This document shows, piece by piece, positions 14,081 through 25,637 of a stretch of DNA of 64,000 nucleotides. Source of the DNA: Octopus vulgaris (lineage: Eukaryota); the NCBI GenBank assembly GCA_951406725.2, contig OX597824.1, positions 3,038,001-3,102,000 on the forward strand. The letters are read 5' to 3'. Under the pieces are notes generated by a model. That model did not search any database and was not told the DNA's origin. It worked only from the letters and a program-made list of their open reading frames with translations. Numbering within the stretch: the first letter of the stretch is position 1; each line of letters opens with the position of its first letter. The position numbers and the translations under genes were made by a program.

Positions 14081-14485
14081 ATTCATTTGCATTGGGATTT
14101 CGATTCAGGAATCAATAGTGACTGCTGTGATTTCTACGTTGATTAGTTAGATTTATCTTTAATTGCCAGAATCCAAAGTTAATGTCCATCTTCTAAAGAG
14201 AGCTACATGTCCACTATCAGCGGAATAATTCTTAATTGGATGAAATACATCGGAGATAATTGCCATCAATTACACTCATGGCAGGATGCGATTCATTTGA
14301 AATATAACAACTTTCATGAAGCAGTGTTTATAATTTAAAATGAAATCAATCATTTAGTGACAATTTTAACCAGATCTCATCTCTCTTTCTCCTCTCTCTC
14401 TCTCTCTCACTCTTTACCTCTCTCTCTCTTTCCCTCTCTCGCTCTTTCTCTTCATCTCTTTCTCCCTTTATATATATGTATATTT

Positions 14486-14527
<42 letters not shown>

Positions 14528-14570
14528 ACATATATTCATATGCATATACCGTGGGTATGTATATAGAATT

Positions 14571-14611
<41 letters not shown>

Positions 14612-14680
14612 ATGTATACATATATTTATATGAATGTAGCGTGTGTAGGTATATAGAATATATGTGTATATATAGGGATA

Positions 14681-14727
<47 letters not shown>

Positions 14728-14773
14728 CATATATTTATATGTATATAGCGTAATAAGGTATATAGAATATGTG

Positions 14774-14804
<31 letters not shown>

Positions 14805-15116
14805 TTATATATATATATACATACATACATGTGGTGAGTGCATGTAATTTTAGACAGACTAATTTTCCGATACATCAATTTGCTTCTGCGCGTATTTCGC
14901 TGTCATTTATACATCTACCTCATAATTTTAAATGTTGTAAACACTGTTCATTAGATATTTTATTTTGAAAGTAATTCTATATATTTAATTTGTGAATGTA
15001 CGCTTACATACCTTCTTACATACATACATACCTACACGCATACATGCATGCATTCATACATGCATACATGCATACATACATACATACATACATACATACA
15101 TACATACATACATACA

Positions 15117-15148
<32 letters not shown>

Positions 15149-15164
15149 CACATACATACATACA

Positions 15165-15563
15165 TAACAAAACAAAGTTTAATTAATTTTTGTGTAAGGT
15201 AGAGTTGGTGAGGTGTGAACTCATTTTTCTCCTTACATTTTATTGTTGTAGTTAACCATCCAATAATCCGGCGCACGTTGTTGGTGTTTTCTTCAAGTTT
15301 TGGTTTCTATCTACGTTGTTTCCGTTTACTAATTTACCTACTTTGGTCAATGTAGATTTCTGCTAGGTGTTCTTTAAGAGTAATAGCGGCTGTGTATACA
15401 AGAGTATTTATATTCCAGTAATTAACATCCCATGATTCCATGTGCTCTCCAGCAACATCGTTGATAACCTTAAACATTAGTTCGGTCGGATATCTTCTCA
15501 CTAGTGTTGGGAATAGTCTGTTGCTCAATGAAAGCTTCGATAAAGTAGGTAAATTTATGTCCA
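15165..15563 (-). pseudogene. N-terminal piece of an R4/Dong-type ORF, inverted relative to the adjacent RT piece
   Basis: VNYWNINTLVYTAAITLKEH...KLEENTNNVRRIIGWL resembles the pre-RT region of this clade (recognised by eye). Confidence 0.5.
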
Positions 15564-16035
15564 TCTGGCAAAAGTACTTACCACCCTACTATAGAGAGAC
15601 TCACAAAGACATAGACAGTGATTCTCACCCTTCCAGCTGCGAAGAGAATAATTGTTTCGGATACTATAGGCATTACAAAGAGAATATTCCAGGGAGATAG
15701 TGTTTCTGTACTTCTCTTCATTTTGGCACTGAATCCATTATCGTTCCTACTGCAGGAAACAAATGGTTACGTGCTAGGATTTTCAACTGCTAGAAATATC
15801 AATGCAACTCATAATTTCCTTGTAGACGACCTCAAGATTTATGCTAAAATTGGCAATAATGCCAAAAACAACTGGAATTAATAGGAACATCTTCAGCTGA
15901 TATAGACATGGAACTTGGCCAAAAGAAATGTTCATATTTGTTTATAGAACGAGGAAAGTCAGTCCCCCAAACCCAAAACCTGTACATCAATGCTCTCTCT
16001 ATCTCACCCATTCCACACAAAAAATGTTAGAAGTA
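15564..16035 (+). pseudogene. R4/Dong-type RT core fragment
   Basis: IERLTKT*TVILTLP...RIFQGDSVSVLLFILALNPLS...HNFLVDDLKIYAK...DIDMELGQKKC. Confidence 0.8.
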
Positions 16036-16049
16036 CATATATGTTTACT

Positions 16050-16085
<36 letters not shown>

Positions 16086-16373
16086 AATATGTATATATAT
16101 ATATATATAAGTATATATATATAAGTATGTATATATCTATTTACATATTCTAATGATATATTTTCGACCAGGTAGTCGTTGCCTGACACACTTCTTGCAG
16201 CTAAATCCACAATTTGTTTTTACTCGCTCGCTATTTCTTTTCTCTTGTTCCTTTCTCTTGAAGAGCGTAGGCTCGAAACGTAAAACACATTCTCGCTTTC
16301 ACGAACGTCAAACTAATACCCTCACCTGTCGTTCATGCACTTGTCTGCGTCTTTTGTTTTCCTGTAATTTCAA

Positions 16374-16406
<33 letters not shown>

Positions 16407-16470
16407 TGTATGTATGTCTGTATGTATGTATGTGTATGTATATACATGCATCATGCATATGTGTACATGC

Positions 16471-16505
<35 letters not shown>

Positions 16506-16548
16506 AAGAAAGAGAGAGAAAGAGAGACACAAACACGCACACATACAC

Positions 16549-16593
<45 letters not shown>

Positions 16594-16716
16594 ATTTGAA
16601 AACCCCACTAGAATGGGAGAAAGCGCTAATGATCTAAGTGATATGATGTAAAAAATGTAATATATAAATAAATATCTGTAAATATAAACCATCCGATCTT
16701 CTGATTACCTCATTTC

Positions 16717-16753
<37 letters not shown>

Positions 16754-18170
16754 ACTTATTTACGAGCTAACATAAAATCGTTTAGATGTAACAGGTTAAT
16801 GCATGTCTATGATGTTTCAGTTTGTTTGGGTTTTTCTCTTTGATCTTTCATCACTGATTTATTTCATCCGTTATCTGATTTTGGCGTCTGTTACTTATTA
16901 CTTTATATACATCTAACCGTATCTATGAAACATTCAGCAGGTTAACTCTGATTAATTTTCAGAACAATCTTCACCAATCCGTCATTGTCTTCGACCTTAA
17001 CATTTTTGTAGTTCCTGGTGACTATGATGTTTCATCTAATCTATATTGTTTTATTGTAAAGTTACATTTTGGTTATATTCAAAGTCGTTAGTTATAGCGT
17101 TCTAAAGAGCCAGTAATTCATTCATTAATATCTCTGGTGATGAAAGTGGACAGGGAGTGTCTGGAATTTGAGGCAGAGCAAATATATGTAGTAACGTCTT
17201 TCATATGGTAGCAGTTTTTATTTTTATTTCCCCTTACATCCTTCATGGCGGTGAGCTGACAAAAGTGTCAGCACGCCGAACAAGGGTCTTAGCGGCATTT
17301 CGTCCGTCTTTACGTTCTGAGTTCAATTTCTGCGAAGGTTGGCTTTGACATTCATCCTTTCGGGATCAATGAAAAATGAGAACCAGTCAAGTGCTGGGGT
17401 CGATGTAATCGACGACTACTCTCCCATGAAATTGCTGCTCTTATGTCTACATTGGAAACAGGCATTTGCATACTCCGGGATACGCGGCGAAATTTATTTT
17501 CTACACACATAATAGAAAATAAACCTAGCCTGAATAGAAAACTAGAATGGAATACTAGCACACACCACAACATATGACGGTGGAGGATCCCGAAAACATA
17601 ATAAATACACAGATAAATAAACAAATAGAAATAAATAAATAACATTTTATTTATTTATTATTATTATTACTAGTATTGTTGTTATACATACATACATACA
17701 AGCATATGTAATGATAATAATAAAGGGATGTAAACACATGAACAAAATAAGAATAAACAAAAACAACAACAAAAACAAATTACATGAACGTATATAAACA
17801 GAAGATACAAATATTACAGGCATCCCCCCACACACACACTAAATAAACATAGACGCACATAGAGATATAAGCATGCGCAAATGAAGACATACAATAGAAA
17901 TACAAAATGGCTGACGGTTAGTAAGGAGAGACACAAATAAGAAAGAAGAAAACAAAGGACCACTGATGCGATCACAGGAGTGTGACGAAAGAACTCTGGC
18001 CGAAATAAGATTAAGATTAATGTAAAAAATAAATAACACTGAAGCAAAGTAACACCAAATATATAGTGCGTGTGTTTTTATTGGCTAAACTGGCAAAATG
18101 ACCATTCCAAAATATAACAATATATATATATATATATGCACACACACACAAACATACGCATATACAGTTT

Positions 18171-18232
<62 letters not shown>

Positions 18233-18615
18233 GTACCACTCATGCATGTGTGTATTCATCGAATACATTTGAATAAATAGACACACTGGAACGTTTATCA
18301 GCTGATGTCTGTCAGTAAGCATTTTGTCCGAATCGTTACCGCGCTGTGAAAAATCTTCAGCGCCATTTCTTCCAGCTTTACGCAAATATTTTCCCATATT
18401 AATTTCACCTTTTACGTTCCGGATCCAGACTCCACCCTACTTGTATTTGACTTAACTCACTGAAATGCCGATAAGATAAGAATAGTTTTTGCGGTTTTTT
18501 CCCCAGGTTTCTGCTGTTAGGACAGAATTATTCTAAGGGAATATCATTTTAGTTATGATTTTCTTGTCCTTTTGTATATCTTGAACTATATTGTAACCGT
18601 ATTGAACTGTATTGC

Positions 18616-18848
18616 AAGGCAGCGAGCTGGCAGAAACGTTAGCACGCCGGGCGAAATGCATAGCCGTATTTCGTCTGCCGTTACGTTCTGAGTTCAAATT
18701 TCACCGAGTTCGACTTTGCCTTTCATCCTTTCGGGGTCGATAAATTAAGTACCAGGTTCGTACTGGGATCAATGTAATCGACTTAATCTCTTTGTCTGTC
18801 CTTATTTGTCCTCTCTCTGTTTGGCCCCTTGTGGGCAATAAAGAAATA
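18616..18848 (+). mobile_element. tRNA-derived SINE with Nin/Deu-like domain (family B)
   Basis: GGCAGCGAGCTGGCAGAA head and GCCTTTCATCCTTTCGGGGTCGATAAATTAAGTACCAG core. Diverged copies near 17247, 27905, 28090, 35350, 37625(-), 38930(-), 40825, 54305, 54958 and 63000-63400. Confidence 0.8.
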
Positions 18849-19953
18849 TATATTGTAACCAACCTATTTTAAGATGTTAGTGGATGATTTAAAAGATATT
18901 CGCTGATATTTCAAGCCCGTTCGATGACCGCACGGACGTTCCCTCCAATTATATATTATGCTGACCATACATGCTGTCCAAAGTGAAACCTTCAAGCATA
19001 TACATTTCATTTCTATGTCTTCCCTTCATCTTCTTTTACATTTTCTCGTCTCTCTGTACGCACGGATTGTTATTGTATCTACCGTCTGCGCTTCCTTCCT
19101 CCCCCAGATTCCTTTCAGCCTTCTTCAAAATCTCTTCTCACTTGTAAGATCTCCATTCTTCATCTAACTTTCTCTTTTTCTTTCAGTCTTTTTTCTTAAT
19201 ATTTCTCTTTCTTCGATAATCTAAATCACCCTTGATTTATTTTTTATATTCTTCCGCTGTTTAAATGGCTATTTATTTACGATCAGCAATTTTCTTTCAT
19301 TTAAACTCAAATTTCAGCAGCATTTTGCATTACAATGTAACATGATATGATATTTTCTGTAATGACGAAAGGAAGTTTGTAAAGAAACAGTAGTAAATAT
19401 ACAAGGAGACATACGTGATACAATCTACATCATTTATAAGCTGCTAATATAGACTAAGCGTATCCAGACCATTACAAGACAACTCAAAATTCAATGAAAT
19501 AAGTATGAATTATAAGAAAATTGATTTGAGGATTTCGGAAGAGATAAAAGAAAATATCAAACGGTATACTTGATTGATAAACGTTCTCCAGTGAAACCTT
19601 TGATAGAATATAACCTCTGGATAATAGTGACATACTTCAAGAAGCACAAGTGTTCGCTGAATTAGTGCTTAATTCCAATTCCTCTTGTGCAGATGAAAGG
19701 CAATCGTAGTTATTTGTCGTCAAGCATGAGATATATAATTTAGATTTTCCTGAAGAGTCAGTAACAACTCTCACCTTGTATTTGAAACATTGAAATTTCT
19801 ATTTTTATTGTTCCCCAACGCATACATTCAAAGCAGCATTGTTATTGCACCAAATCACATGAATTCATAGTCGTATCGTTTCAATTAACTTGCTTAGAGC
19901 TGTTACCATTTTGTATTAATGTCAATGTATTTCATCATGTACCGTATATTTTG

Positions 19954-19992
<39 letters not shown>

Positions 19993-20270
19993 TCCAAATA
20001 TGAGTATATGTATATTTTCATAAATATTTGGCAAAAGTAACAGAATGACCCACGGTTTGAGAGTTTCGTGCGTTGGCCAACTCTCGGACCTTGTGCTATT
20101 CTATTACTTTTGCAAAATATTAATATATATATATATATATATAAATATAACAATTTAGGAGTGACCCTAACAGGTCATTCGTCCACCAGAAAGAGCAGCC
20201 ATAACTCACACCGCCAAGTAGTAGTAATTCAGAAATTAGGTGAAAATTTAAAAACATTTACCCTAATTCA

Positions 20271-20372
20271 TCTTTTAGACGTTGCAACGTTTCTGTGTCA
20301 TTAATGATTAAATTAGCTTAATTAAATTAAATTAAGCTAATCTACCATAGGTTACACTTCATCAGTAAAAAA
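20271..20372 (-). ncRNA. Type I hammerhead ribozyme motif, copy 1
   Basis: Minus strand: UUUUUUA-CUGAUGA-(extended helix II)-GAAA-CGUUGCAACG-UC|UAAAAGA. Helix I pairs over 7 nt, helix III is palindromic, and the cleavage triplet is GUC. Predicted cut between + positions 20278 and 20277. Confidence 0.75.
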
Positions 20373-20743
20373 CCTGGGAGAGACAAATATACACGAGGCG
20401 TCTATATCGATGCCTACGGAATATCTGTCTTAAAATTTTCAAGACTGACGTATTCGCGCCAAACTTATCAGCAGTAAATATAAACTGCCGATTCAATCTC
20501 AGAATTATTCAGAAAATTATCAATTAGTCAATTTAGGGTAGCAAAAAATTCAATAGAAATTTATCGCTACCAACGGCCTAGTGGAAAAGAGAAAATAGTC
20601 AACGACTAAATATATAAATATAACAATTTAGGAGTGACCCTAACAGGTCATTCGTCCACCAGAAAGAGCAGCCATAACTCACACCGCCAAGTAGTAGTAA
20701 TTCAGAAATTAGGTGAAAATTTAAAAACATTTACCCTAATTCA

Positions 20744-20845
20744 TCTTTTAGACGTTGCAACGTTTCTGTGTCATTAATGATTAAATTAGCTTAATTAAAT
20801 TAAATTAAGCTAATCTACCATAGGTTACACTTCATCAGTAAAAAA
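20744..20845 (-). ncRNA. Type I hammerhead ribozyme motif, copy 2
   Basis: Same sequence as copy 1, offset by 473. Confidence 0.75.
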
Positions 20846-21216
20846 CCTGGGAGAGACAAATATACACGAGGCGTCTATATCGATGCCTACGGAATATCTG
20901 TCTTAAAATTTTCAAGACTGACGTATTCGCGCCAAACTTATCAGCAGTAAATATAAACTGCCGATTCAATCTCAGAATTATTCAGAAAATTATCAATTAG
21001 TCAATTTAGGGTAGCAAAAAATTCAATAGAAATTTATCGCTACCAACGGCCTAGTGGAAAAGAGAAAATAGTCAACGACTAAATATATAAATATAACAAT
21101 TTAGGAGTGACCCTAACAGGTCATTCGTCCACCAGAAAGAGCAGCCATAACTCACACCGCCAAGTAGTAGTAATTCAGAAATTAGGTGAAAATTTAAAAA
21201 CATTTACCCTAATTCA

Positions 21217-21318
21217 TCTTTTAGACGTTGCAACGTTTCTGTGTCATTAATGATTAAATTAGCTTAATTAAATTAAATTAAGCTAATCTACCATAGGTTA
21301 CACTTCATCAGTAAAAAA
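21217..21318 (-). ncRNA. Type I hammerhead ribozyme motif, copy 3
   Basis: Same sequence as copy 1, offset by 946. Confidence 0.75.
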
Positions 21319-21579
21319 CCTGGGAGAGACAAATATACACGAGGCGTCTATATCGATGCCTACGGAATATCTGTCTTAAAATTTTCAAGACTGACGTATT
21401 CGCGCCAAACTTATCAGCAGTAAATATAAACTGCCGATTCAATCTCAGAATTATTCAGAAAATTATCAATTAGTCAATTTAGGGTAGCAAAAAATTCAAT
21501 AGAAATTTATCGCTACCAACGGCCTAGTGGAAAAGAGAAAATAGTCAACGACTAAATATATAAATATAACAAATATAAC

Positions 21580-21678
21580 AATTGACTAATTGATAATTTT
21601 CTGAATAATTCTGAGATTGAATCGGCAGTTTATATTTACTGCTGATAAGTTTGGCGCGAATACGTCAGTCTTGAAAAT
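21580..21678. repeat. Inverted ~99-bp fragment of the 473-bp unit
   Basis: Reverse complement of ATTTTCAAGACTGACG...ATTAGTCAATT within the unit. Confidence 0.95.
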
Positions 21679-21763
21679 CACTACTTCCCGTTCATCGCAG
21701 AGAAGAAATTTTTGCAGAATTACTATTCTCTTCCCTGTCTATGTTTTACAAACTGTAGCTCCA

Positions 21764-21805
<42 letters not shown>

Positions 21806-21950
21806 ATGTATGTATGTATGTACGTATGTATGTACATATATGTATATATATGTACACATATATATACATTTATATATATATATATGTGCATGTATATATA
21901 TATGTGTGTGTGAGTGTGTGTGTGAGTATGCATATATATGCATATATATG

Positions 21951-22008
<58 letters not shown>

Positions 22009-22374
22009 TATATATGTATATATATAGAAAGAAGCATTGTAAAATATTTTGCAAAGATATTTCAATGCATATATTTAAAACAAACAAACAAAAAAATCAT
22101 CGCAGATATTTCGATCAGCAGATCCAACTCCGAAAGATGACAAAAGGAATTAGACAAAAGTTTTTTTAAAAAAATATCGTTCGCCAGGCTCTGAAAACGT
22201 ACCATTGTGGGAAAATTGAAATATGTCAATCGCAGACATTAATTTTAGCACCTCTATTTAAACCTTACTTAAATATTTCATCAAAAAGAGTATACATGGA
22301 TGCATGCATATATACAACATACATACATAAATACGTATATATATGCATGTTTATGTGTGTGTATGTATGTGTAA

Positions 22375-22409
<35 letters not shown>

Positions 22410-22412
<3 letters not shown>

Positions 22413-22600
22413 TTTGAATAACAAAGTTACAACATGGTCTGGTTTTTACTGTTTTTATTATTGTATTTAAGTTTTTTTGTTCAATTTAAAAATAAATTTT
22501 TTTAATACAATAATAAAAAACGTGAAAACCAAACAATGTTGTAACTTTATTTAACTGACATATTATTCTATACACTTTTACACAGATTCGGCAAAAAATT
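22410..22600. mobile_element. Short fold-back element of the same family as 47702-48140
   Basis: Inverted arms (AAAGTTACAACAT...TTTTATTATTGTATT / AATACAATAATAAAA...ATGTTGTAACTTT) and a shared unpaired tail ATATTATTCtATACAC..TTTACACA.ATTC. Begins at a (TA)n tract. Confidence 0.7.
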
Positions 22601-22659
22601 GTATATGTACATACCTGTGTGTGTGTGTGTGAAAGAGAGAGAGAGAGAGAGAGCGTTCC

Positions 22660-22965
22660 TCTTATTCCAAGTGAAACATTGGGCAGCGATGAAAGAACTC
22701 CATCTTACACAGTCTTCTACAAGAGATTTCGTATCCTCTCAGCTCAACTCCACTACATTTCGATCCTTCAGAACTGTCTTCTTCCATGTTATTAATGGGC
22801 GTCCATGTTTCCTGTTCCCATCTTCTAGCCTCCAATCGACGGAGAGCTTTGTGTGCCTTGTTGATGTCATTCTAGAGACATGTCCAAGAAACCTCAGGAC
22901 ACGATATTTCACAATAATGCTTAGTGTTTCCTCCTTGGTTCTCCTATAGACTTCTAGCATATCCA
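22660..22965 (-). pseudogene. 3' fragment of an RTE-clade LINE
   Basis: VLRFLGHVSRM...VDWRLEDGNRKHGRPLITWKKTV. Confidence 0.75.
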
Positions 22966-23077
22966 GCTAAGTGCCAATGAGATGGGACGGTGTTTATATC
23001 AGAAGACAATTAGAATGCAAAATGGGTGGAACAATTCAAGGAGGTACTAAAATTGCAAGACCCACTATAGCCTTTTG

Positions 23078-23415
23078 ACACACAGGTCCAAGATACTTTG
23101 GATCTTCAAGATATATAGAGGCCAAGATAATTTGAATCTTCTAGATGTAGAGAATCAGGTCCAAGATACTTTGGGTCTTTTAGATATATAGACACAGGTC
23201 CAAGAGACTTTCGATTTTCTAGATATAGTGACACAAACCCCAGATACTTTGAATCGTTTAGATACAGAGACACAGGTCAAAAATACTTTGGTTCTTCTAG
23301 ATATAAAGAGGCCCAAGATAATTTGAATCTTCTAGATGTAGAGACACAGGTCCAAGATACTTTGGGTCTTTTATATGTTTGAGACATATTGGATCTTCTA
23401 GATACAGAGACAAAC
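23078..23415. repeat. Minisatellite of about nine units, roughly 33-39 bp each
   Basis: Consensus approximately GACACAGGTCCAAGATACTTTGGRTCTTCTAGATATA. Confidence 0.85.
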
Positions 23416-23429
23416 TCTAGCTCTTCCAC

Positions 23430-24189
23430 CTGCCACAGAAATACAATATCACTTTTCGTAAGAGAAGACTACAACCCTCAACTGATGCTGCTGCCAGTTC
23501 TGACGTTTTTGCGTCCACTGCAGATGTGCCCTTCGATGATGATCTCTGAGGATGGGGCCCCTAGCCGGACGTTGACAAGACAGATTGAAAGATCTCAGCC
23601 GGCGACGAACTATCTCTTCACAAATGGGTATGTGCTGAGCCCTTATGGTCTGCCTAGCTGATTCCGTTCCCCTCTGGTGTAGGTGGTGATCTTGACGTGC
23701 TGTTGTAACCCTCGGTCGGTCATTGCGTGGACGATCATCTGAGCTGTTTGTGACATTGTATCGTTCCCTCGGCTTCACAATTGTCTGAATACTGCCGTTC
23801 AAGTCATTAGCAACGCCCCATGGACGTTGACCAATATGAAGATGGCTTGCTCCCTCTGATTTTGTGTCAGTCTTGGCATGCTTGATACGTTCAGGAAACG
23901 AAGGACAGGCTGTTAAATTTCGGCGTCTTTTATACCCAATGAGTCAACATTTTGACCCTGCATCATGCTTTTGATAAAGATGCGTTTGCGAGCCTCACCA
24001 TGTTCACGAAAAGTGAGCGAGTTTGAACCCTACATGCAAACTTAGTGTTTTGAAAAGAGAGTGGTATTGCGGGTCAGTGACATCTTCTTGATGTCAAATT
24101 AGCTAGAAATGGGATAAAATCCATATTTATTTCAATATCGTGTGTGAAACAAGTAAGTACTTACAGTGCAACGTTTCTTTTGTAGTTCA

Positions 24190-24190
<1 letters not shown>
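23430..24190 (-). mobile_element. 5' half of a Tc1-family DNA transposon
   Basis: DRPRNDRPRVTTARQD...VRRRLRSFNL...RAHLQWTQKRQNW...VVFSYE (degenerate VxFSDE). Terminus CTGAACTACAAAAGAAACG abuts (TA)n at ~24190. Confidence 0.8.
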
Positions 24191-24223
<33 letters not shown>

Positions 24224-25329
24224 GCGTGTGGGGTGGGGGCGCGCGTGTGGGGGCGTGTGTATTACGTGTGTGTGTTTGTAATATGTATGAATAAGAGTAA
24301 GGCACACATACACACACACAGTGGTGTGTACAAGTGTACAATCACATTTAAAATATATTTTTGCGTATGTACGTTATCTGTTAATGCATGTGTATATATA
24401 TATATTATCCGTTTCCTTTGTGAAGGTCATTGTCACGAAATTTCTCGTTCTATTTGGAAATCATGGAATAAATCGATATTTGATGCTATTTCTATTCTTC
24501 CTCTAAGACCACAGCCCTTTGAATGGGAGCTATAGAAACTGGGCTTATCTTGCTTTCTTAAGCTTTCAACCAGAAAGCCAAATCAGCCATTTATTTATTC
24601 ATTTTTAAATATTCCGTCTGACCTCTTCAACATAATTACTTTCGTATTGAACGTAAATAAATATTCCATCAATATTTTCTCATAATTTTATTGCTTCAAT
24701 CCACTGAAACCATGCAAAACGAGTTTGTCTCATTGTAATTGTAAGCAGTTCTGTTGAGTGCCATGTCTGGATTGAGAAACACATGTGATATAGTAATTAC
24801 TTAGATAATCGAAGTAATTTTGAAATAACTGTCGTCGATAGGAAATAGAAGGGAAATGATACTAACGAAAATAGGAAAAAACATGAGCAAAAAACAATGT
24901 GAATAATGCAAGATTTCGAATCTATGTTTGACATTTGTGCATAACAAACACTTTTTTGTCACCTTTGAGATTGGTTGTGCTTTTTGCAATTTATTATATC
25001 GCTAGCTGTGATCGTTTATAACAAACGCAATTTGTAATTCAGTAGATATGATTGTTTACTGCGAAAGCAGCTTCTTGTAACAAAGCCTGTAATTATTGGT
25101 ACCTGTACTTGCGATTGCTAATACCGAAAGTTGTGATTGTTGCACCAGGAGTAATTCGCAATAACAATAAATGCAACTGTTTACAAATACTGCAATATGT
25201 TACTTTTAATGGTTGTAATTGTTTAAAACTGATTGCTCTCAACGGATGCAATCTATTATAAGGATAGCTGTGAAGTTGTCGAATGAACTCAACTGTTAAA
25301 GTAATATTTTGTGCTGATGACATGAGAGA

Positions 25330-25637
25330 GTTGAACTCTTTATTTGTTTGTTCCTTCTCGAGCCATGACTGGCTCATAAGGGCCAGTTTCCCGGTTTCCT
25401 TGGCGTATAGGTCCCCCACCTGGACGAGACACCGGTCCGTCGCAGGTGAGCTGCAAGATGGAGGAGGAAAGAGTGAGAGAAAGTTGTGGCGAAAGAGTCA
25501 GCAAGAGTTCGCCATTACCTTCTGCCGGAGCCGCGTGGAGCTTAGGTGTTTCGCTCATAAACACACACATCGCCCGGTCTGAGATTCGAACCCGCGATCC
25601 CTCGACCGCGAGTCCACTACTCTAACCACTAGGCCAT
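25330..25637 (-). mobile_element. SINE with family A head and a different 3' tail
   Basis: Minus strand ATGGCCTAGTGGTTAGA...GGTTCGAATCTCAGACCGGGCG..., ending GGAAACCGGGAAACTGGCCCTTATGAGCC...AACAAACAAATAA. Confidence 0.8.

Larger units (their letters stand above)
20138..21572. repeat. 473-bp tandem repeat, three apparently identical copies plus the start of a fourth
   Basis: GGAGTGACCC recurs at 20158, 20631 and 21104, and the unit start recurs at 21557. No differences seen by eye. Abuts a (TA)n tract on the left. Confidence 0.97.

Noticed and set aside
20138-21572. 473-bp array or the 23.1-kb minisatellite as a CRISPR array; CTAGT near the unit end as a Helitron 3' end
   Set aside because: No unique spacers or cas genes, and the context is eukaryotic. 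CTAGT is internal to the unit, and the hammerhead plus inversion explain the structure better.
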